Part shown: positions 59,308-64,000 of the stretch, one piece after another | Position numbering within the stretch: the first letter of the stretch is position 1 | Layout of the letters: the number at the start of each line of letters is the position of its first letter | NCBI GenBank assembly: GCA_041483895.1 | Contig: JBGPGO010000010.1 | Location: 64,001-128,000 of the forward strand | Direction: 5' to 3' | DNA length: 64,000 nt | Source of the DNA: Fimbriimonadia bacterium | GTDB lineage: Bacteria; Armatimonadota; Fimbriimonadia; Fimbriimonadales; JABRVX01 | Made by a program: the position numbers and the translations under genes | The notes under the pieces: model-generated | The model's input: only the letters and a program-made list of their open reading frames with translations | What the model was told of the DNA's origin: nothing | Database searches by the model: none

Positions 59308-60420
59308 CTATCGTGTCAGGATGTCCATCAATGCAGGATTGATGTAGAGTTTGTCTCTGCCAATCTTGATCGACCGCAATAAACCAATTTTCTCCAGTTC
59401 TCTGAGATGCCAAGACGCCGCATCACGTTTGGCAATGCCTGCGGCCTCTACGGACGCTATCCGCGTGTAGGGTTGCGCGAAAACCAACTCAATCATCTCC
59501 TTCCGATAAGACCTCCCAAGATTAGCGTGGGAAAATTCAAACGCGCTGTTCAGCGTCTTGCGGATGGATCGAATCATATTTCGCATATGGGTTGCGGAGC
59601 TTTCAATCCCTTCCAGCATATACACTATCCAATCTTCCCAAGCGCCTTCCTCTGTCACCCTCCGCAGGCCAGAATAGTATGCTGGCTTGTTTTCAATGAT
59701 GAAACGACTCAGATATAGGACGGGCAATTCAAGCAGGTCCTGAGCGATCAGGTATAGCATATTGATAACGCGCCCGGTCCTTCCGTTCCCGTCCGAAAAC
59801 GGGTGGATCGCTTCGAACTGATAATGTGCGACTGCCAACTTAATGAGGGGATCGATGCCGTCTTCGGCGTATAGGAACTCCGATAGGTTGTCCAATAACT
59901 GACGAATTCGCTGAGGATCATCCGGCGGCGTATATATCGCCTTCTTAGTTCGGTCACTTGTGACCTGGCATCCGGGCAAATCGCGGATACCGAGATCCAC
60001 TAGCTTGATAACTCGGACCAACTCGATGAAAAGAGATGCAGAGAGGAAGCGACCTTGGGATTTTAGGGCTTCGTATCCGTGCCACAATGCATGCCCGTAG
60101 CGAAGTACCTCTTTCGTATTGGGATCCAGGTTTCGCTCATCGGCGCTCACAGCTTGATAAAGCTTGTCGTTCGTCGTGACGATGTTCTCAATTTCTGAGG
60201 ACAGTTTTGCCTCTTGCAGCACAATCGAGCGGAGGAGTACCGCCTGGTTTGGGATCAGGTCACCCATTCCCCGTAATTCAGCGAGGGACTTATTTGCTCC
60301 AATCGCGTGCTTGAGCGTTCGATTGGTCTCTACATCGATCTTCGGAGGGAGCTCGGGCAGATCATTGTACGGAACGGTTGGAGCGTACCCCGCTGGCGGA
60401 TATACGATGGTTTCAGTCAC
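59308..60420 (-). CDS. Fic family protein (N-terminal inhibitory SSEIEN motif, C-terminal HTH)
   Basis: HPFSDGNGRTGR, EAKLSSEIEN, LRELEKIGLL. Confidence 0.93.
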   Translation of the reverse strand: MTETIVYPPAGYAPTVPYNDLPELPPKIDVETNRTLKHAIGANKSLAELRGMGDLIPNQAVLLRSIVLQEAKLSSEIENIVTTNDKLYQAVSADERNLDPNTKEVLRYGHALWHGYEALKSQGRFLSASLFIELVRVIKLVDLGIRDLPGCQVTSDRTKKAIYTPPDDPQRIRQLLDNLSEFLYAEDGIDPLIKLAVAHYQFEAIHPFSDGNGRTGRVINMLYLIAQDLLELPVLYLSRFIIENKPAYYSGLRRVTEEGAWEDWIVYMLEGIESSATHMRNMIRSIRKTLNSAFEFSHANLGRSYRKEMIELVFAQPYTRIASVEAAGIAKRDAASWHLRELEKIGLLRSIKIGRDKLYINPALMDILTR

Positions 60421-60439
60421 AATGAGCTCAGTTTAGCAG

Positions 60440-60501
60440 AATATGCCGGGAATTCGCGGAAAAGTCGGCATATTATAACGATATGCCGAATCTATCGGCA
60501 T
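60440..60501. promoter_or_regulatory. Inverted ATGCCG repeats in the fic promoter region
   Basis: Four ATGCCG/CGGCAT half-sites upstream of a minus-strand TAAACT. Confidence 0.5.
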
Positions 60502-60626
60502 TTCCGGAAATCGTGCCCGAAAGAGGGCCGGACTTCCGCACGTACCCAAGATAACTTAGGGATCGTAATTAACGAACATGTCTTGAAGTCCCTCCACGAC
60601 AATTGCCGTGGAGGGACTTGATCACG

Positions 60627-60803
60627 CTAGACTCGGCTCAACTGCTTTTCCATCCGGACCAATTCTTTGCGAAGGAAATGGGTCATCACGATGTTGTAGA
60701 GCACGCCCCAGTGGTTTTGGCTCTTGCCAATGGCATCCGGCTTGCGACCCAGTTCTTCCGAGGTGGCCTGGGTCCTTTCCATAAGAACACCACCAAGCTC
60801 GTC
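60627..60803 (-). pseudogene. 3' fragment of an unknown gene
   Basis: Open frame DELGGVLMERTQATSEELGRKPDAIGKSQNHWGVLYNIVMTHFLRKELVRMEKQLSRV* abutting the DinB remnant. Confidence 0.4.
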
Positions 60804-60804
60804 C

Positions 60805-60906
60805 CAGATCGTCCTCCTCCGCTACGCGGTCTCTGATTCCGATACACCACCGCCGACAACGGCATCCGACATCCGCAACTGCTGCGCCGAACTTGCGTCG
60901 TGGTAG
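60805..60906 (+). pseudogene. Diverged copy of the DinB-family gene 3' end
   Basis: QIVLLRYAVSDSDTPPPTTASDIRNCCAELASW*; 24/33 aa identical to 59179-59280. Confidence 0.9.
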
Positions 60907-61078
60907 CTCGATGTGCCGAGGTCTAGGATGTCAATTCAGGTCCAGCAATCGATCGAGGTGAACCCGGCAGATCGGAATAGTTTCTGATTTGACCTACACC
61001 GAAATCCGCATAGTTGGATTGGCCCACTCTCCGTGCATGTTATTGAGCGGATCTTTCCATCACACAACATCATCTTGG

Positions 61079-61267
61079 TCAGAATGCGATCTCAAAATCC
61101 TCGCGGTTCTGCACGCAACAGGCACCGGCGGAAATGCAATCTGAACAGCCTTGTCGGGTACAAATGTTGCAATTAAGGATGTCGTATGGCAATAGTAGTT
61201 GCCGAGCGCAGTACGGGCAGAAATCCCCCGCTTCCAACTCTGGCTCATCGCAGATCAGATAATTCAT
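61079..61267 (-). CDS. Cys-rich 62-aa microprotein (putative Zn-binding)
   Basis: CPYC, CNIC, CSDC, CC; ATGA overlap with the upstream nuclease. Confidence 0.6.
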   Translation of the reverse strand: MNYLICDEPELEAGDFCPYCARQLLLPYDILNCNICTRQGCSDCISAGACCVQNREDFEIAF

Positions 61268-62154
61268 TCTTCGACCTCCGCCCTGTTCTCTCGACGAAAC
61301 TCGTCCAACGCGATTCGGATAACTGCCTGCAAGTGGGAAGACTGCTTGCGCCGATTATCCCGAGAAAGGAGCCAAGACAAGAAGTGATCCAGCAGATCTC
61401 GAAGCTCCAACACTTCGAGCACATCTTCGTCCTGTTCAAGTGAGAACCCTGATGGAATCGAAGGTCGAATCAAGACTCTCTTTGTGCCAGGACATTTCCG
61501 CAGATCACGTCGAACCTTTTCAGGGCTCTCATCCACGGTTACCTGGTAAATCGCGTTTGCCGCGACGAAATCCATCCCACCGTCATTGGCATGGACCGTT
61601 GAGAAGCGCCGAAGTTCAAATCCAAATGTCCGGAAATACTCCCTGAGAAGAGCGAATGAGATGACCTCGAAATTCTCGCCCCTATTCCCTCCGATCAGTG
61701 ACAGATAACCGTCCACAGCCCGATGTCGCTCCTGAATGCAGGCGGGCGGAAGGAGATCGAGTGCCTCAAGCTCTGCGATGAGCTTTTGTCGTTCTTCGTA
61801 GGCGGACTTGAGGGAGCCCTCTAGTTCGTCATGCAGAGTCTCAAGGCGCTCCACAGTGAGACCTTCAAGCAGGGGAGCCCTGAATCGGTACAGTTCGTCG
61901 GAGGATTCAAGGAACCCAGATGGACCGAGGCGGCGCTGAATGTAAGTTGGGTGAAAATCGCTACGAAGATATTTTCGGCCCAAGGAATTGAAGCCTCGCT
62001 CGATCTCCTTGTATGATATGCCTTCGAAGTCACGAACAGCGACCTTGGCCTTGATCGTTGCTTGTAGCACCGGGATAGCAACACCAAGAACCGTCCGTTG
62101 GCCAAAATGCTTCCTAAGAATTGCATCGAGCGACCGATTTTTTGATATGCTCAT
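61264..62154 (-). CDS. HaeII-like PD-(D/E)xK endonuclease
   Basis: GENFEVISFALLREY and STVHANDGGMDFV...YQVT resemble the HaeII-family motif as I recall it (TNANDGGIDF...FQVT). Confidence 0.6.
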   Translation of the reverse strand: MSISKNRSLDAILRKHFGQRTVLGVAIPVLQATIKAKVAVRDFEGISYKEIERGFNSLGRKYLRSDFHPTYIQRRLGPSGFLESSDELYRFRAPLLEGLTVERLETLHDELEGSLKSAYEERQKLIAELEALDLLPPACIQERHRAVDGYLSLIGGNRGENFEVISFALLREYFRTFGFELRRFSTVHANDGGMDFVAANAIYQVTVDESPEKVRRDLRKCPGTKRVLIRPSIPSGFSLEQDEDVLEVLELRDLLDHFLSWLLSRDNRRKQSSHLQAVIRIALDEFRRENRAEVEE

Positions 62155-62258
62155 GGACTATCAACGCGGAAGAAGCGATTCGCCGCACCAGAATATCAGA
62201 TCGCGACGGCCAGGGTCTAGTGTCTCAACAGATCGTTTTCCGTTGAAATTGATAATGG

Positions 62259-64000
62259 CTAAACAACATGCGCCATGTTCATCTGCTGCTGCTTGTCCAC
62301 CAACCGGCTGTAGACCCCCGCGATCTTCATCAGCTCGTCGTGCGTCCCGATCTCCACAATCTCCCCGTCCTCCAGCACCACAATCCGGTCCGCATGCCGC
62401 AGCGTAGAAAGCCGGTGCGCAATCACAAACGTCGTCCGCCCGGCGATCAGCCGATTCAAGGCCTCTTGAATATCCGACTCCGTCTCGCTATCCACGCTGG
62501 ATGTCGCCTCGTCCAGCACCAAGATCCGCGGGTTGCGCAGCAGCGCCCGCGCAATCGCAATCCGCTGCCTCTCTCCGCCCGATAGCTTCTGCCCCCGCTC
62601 GCCCACATAGCTGTCATACGCGTCCGGAAACTTCATGATAAAGTCGTGCGCGTTGGCCGCCTTCGCCGCGTTCATAATCTCCTCGTCCGTCGCGCGCGCC
62701 CGCCCGTACAAAATATTTTCGCGCAGGCTGGTGGGGAACAGGAACGAATCCTGTAGCACCAGCGCGGTCTGCCGCCGCAAATCGTCCAAATCGATCCGCT
62801 TCATGTCAACGCCGTCAATCAAAATTCGCCCCTCGTTCGGGTCATAGAACCGCGTCAGCAAATTCGTAAACGTCGTCTTGCCCGCTCCGGAAGTGCCGAC
62901 CAGCCCGATCATCTCCCCCGCCTTCACCTCAAGGTTGATCCCCTTCAGCACCATTCGCAATTTGTCATATCCAAAGGTGACGTTCTCGAACCGCACATTG
63001 CCCTGAATGTCCGGCATCTGGACCACATCCCCGGAGTTCCGGATATCCGGCTGCGTATCGATGATCTCGAAGATGCGCTCAGCGGCCGACAGCGATCGCG
63101 TGGTCCAGTCGATCCACCGCGTAAGCTGCTGCAGCGGGCCATAGAACAGCGCCAGGTAGCCGAGAAACGCCACCAACTCACCCAGCGTCATCTTGCCGTC
63201 CAGCACCTGCCGCCCCGCGACGACCCAAACGATGAGCGCGCTGGAGTGGACAAGGAACTGGATGACCGGGGAAAGGTTGGCCCACATCCAATCGGCCCGC
63301 GCCCCCGCATCTCGCAGTTCGGCGATGCGCCGGTCGAACCGGGCATCCTCTCTCGCTTCCCCGGCAAACGCCTTCACCACGCGCATGCCGGAAAGCGTTC
63401 CGGAAAGCGCGCCGCTCAGCTTGGACCATCGATGCCAAAAATGCCGCCACACACGCCGTATGCGCTGGTGGCACATCCGCACGATGAGAAATATGAACGG
63501 CGCGGGCAACAGAGTGAGCAGCGCCACATGCCACTTCATGATCAGCAGCCCGGTCGCGATCGCGATAATGAGCAACCCGTTTGCGAGCAGCGCGGGGATG
63601 GCGTCCACGTACAGGTCCAGCAGCGCGCCGGTATCCTGGGTGATGCGGCTCATGATGCTCCCGACCTGCCGCTTGTCGAAGAAGCTGATGCTCAGCTCCT
63701 GCAGGTGGTGGAACAGGGAAGAGCGCAGGTCGTAGACGGCGAAGTGACCGATTCGAGTTGACACCCGGGCGCGTACGATAGTGACCAGCATCGACACGAT
63801 CCTGGCGCCGATCAGCAGCAGGATCAACGTCCAGAACAGTCCGACATTGGTCCCCGGCTTCAACACGTCATCGATAAGAATCTTCGTCAGATAGGGTGGT
63901 AGGGTCTCCAACGCCGCCGCCACAATCATCAGCGCGGCCGAACCAAGAACCGCTTTCTTGTACGGCTTCAGGTAGCCCAAAACCCGCATCAGCGTTTTGC
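62259..64000 (-). CDS. ABC exporter, fused TMD-NBD (5' end outside the window)
   Basis: GTSGAGKTT, LSGGERQR, LVLDEATS, IAHRLST; frame open to the edge. Confidence 0.95.
   Translation of the reverse strand, partial: KTLMRVLGYLKPYKKAVLGSAALMIVAAALETLPPYLTKILIDDVLKPGTNVGLFWTLILLLIGARIVSMLVTIVRARVSTRIGHFAVYDLRSSLFHHLQELSISFFDKRQVGSIMSRITQDTGALLDLYVDAIPALLANGLLIIAIATGLLIMKWHVALLTLLPAPFIFLIVRMCHQRIRRVWRHFWHRWSKLSGALSGTLSGMRVVKAFAGEAREDARFDRRIAELRDAGARADWMWANLSPVIQFLVHSSALIVWVVAGRQVLDGKMTLGELVAFLGYLALFYGPLQQLTRWIDWTTRSLSAAERIFEIIDTQPDIRNSGDVVQMPDIQGNVRFENVTFGYDKLRMVLKGINLEVKAGEMIGLVGTSGAGKTTFTNLLTRFYDPNEGRILIDGVDMKRIDLDDLRRQTALVLQDSFLFPTSLRENILYGRARATDEEIMNAAKAANAHDFIMKFPDAYDSYVGERGQKLSGGERQRIAIARALLRNPRILVLDEATSSVDSETESDIQEALNRLIAGRTTFVIAHRLSTLRHADRIVVLEDGEIVEIGTHDELMKIAGVYSRLVDKQQQMNMAHVV

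Overview
GC-rich bacterial chromosomal segment, most consistent with Armatimonadota (Fimbriimonadia-like). This rests on four PEP-CTERM proteins, a prepilin-type H-X9-DG protein and a dockerin-like C-terminal-domain protein. Housekeeping genes (rplU, rpmA, gdhA, moaA, thrS, ygfZ-like, nfeD-flotillin) are mixed with secreted glycoside-hydrolase-like proteins, peptidases, a MacAB-like pair and a GAF/PAS kinase with an HTH-less sigma54 activator. Two accessory, defence-like patches lie near the right end. One follows thrS: an Ndt-like protein, an anti-phage dCTP deaminase, and an upstream short transcript carrying an unannotated 57-aa ORF. The other follows a DinB-family gene: Fic, a duplicated DinB 3' end, and an orphan HaeII-like nuclease coupled to a Cys-rich microprotein. 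The most striking observation is a clear TPP riboswitch (7039-7131, minus strand) in the leader of the pilin-like H-X9-DG gene, suggesting a pilin-like thiamine or precursor capture protein. At least five families of palindromic REP-like repeats occur, including one with constant length and a variable interior and one inserted in frame in a gene. I saw no tRNA, rRNA, CRISPR array, integrase or transposase. All calls come from reading the sequence; no database searches were run.
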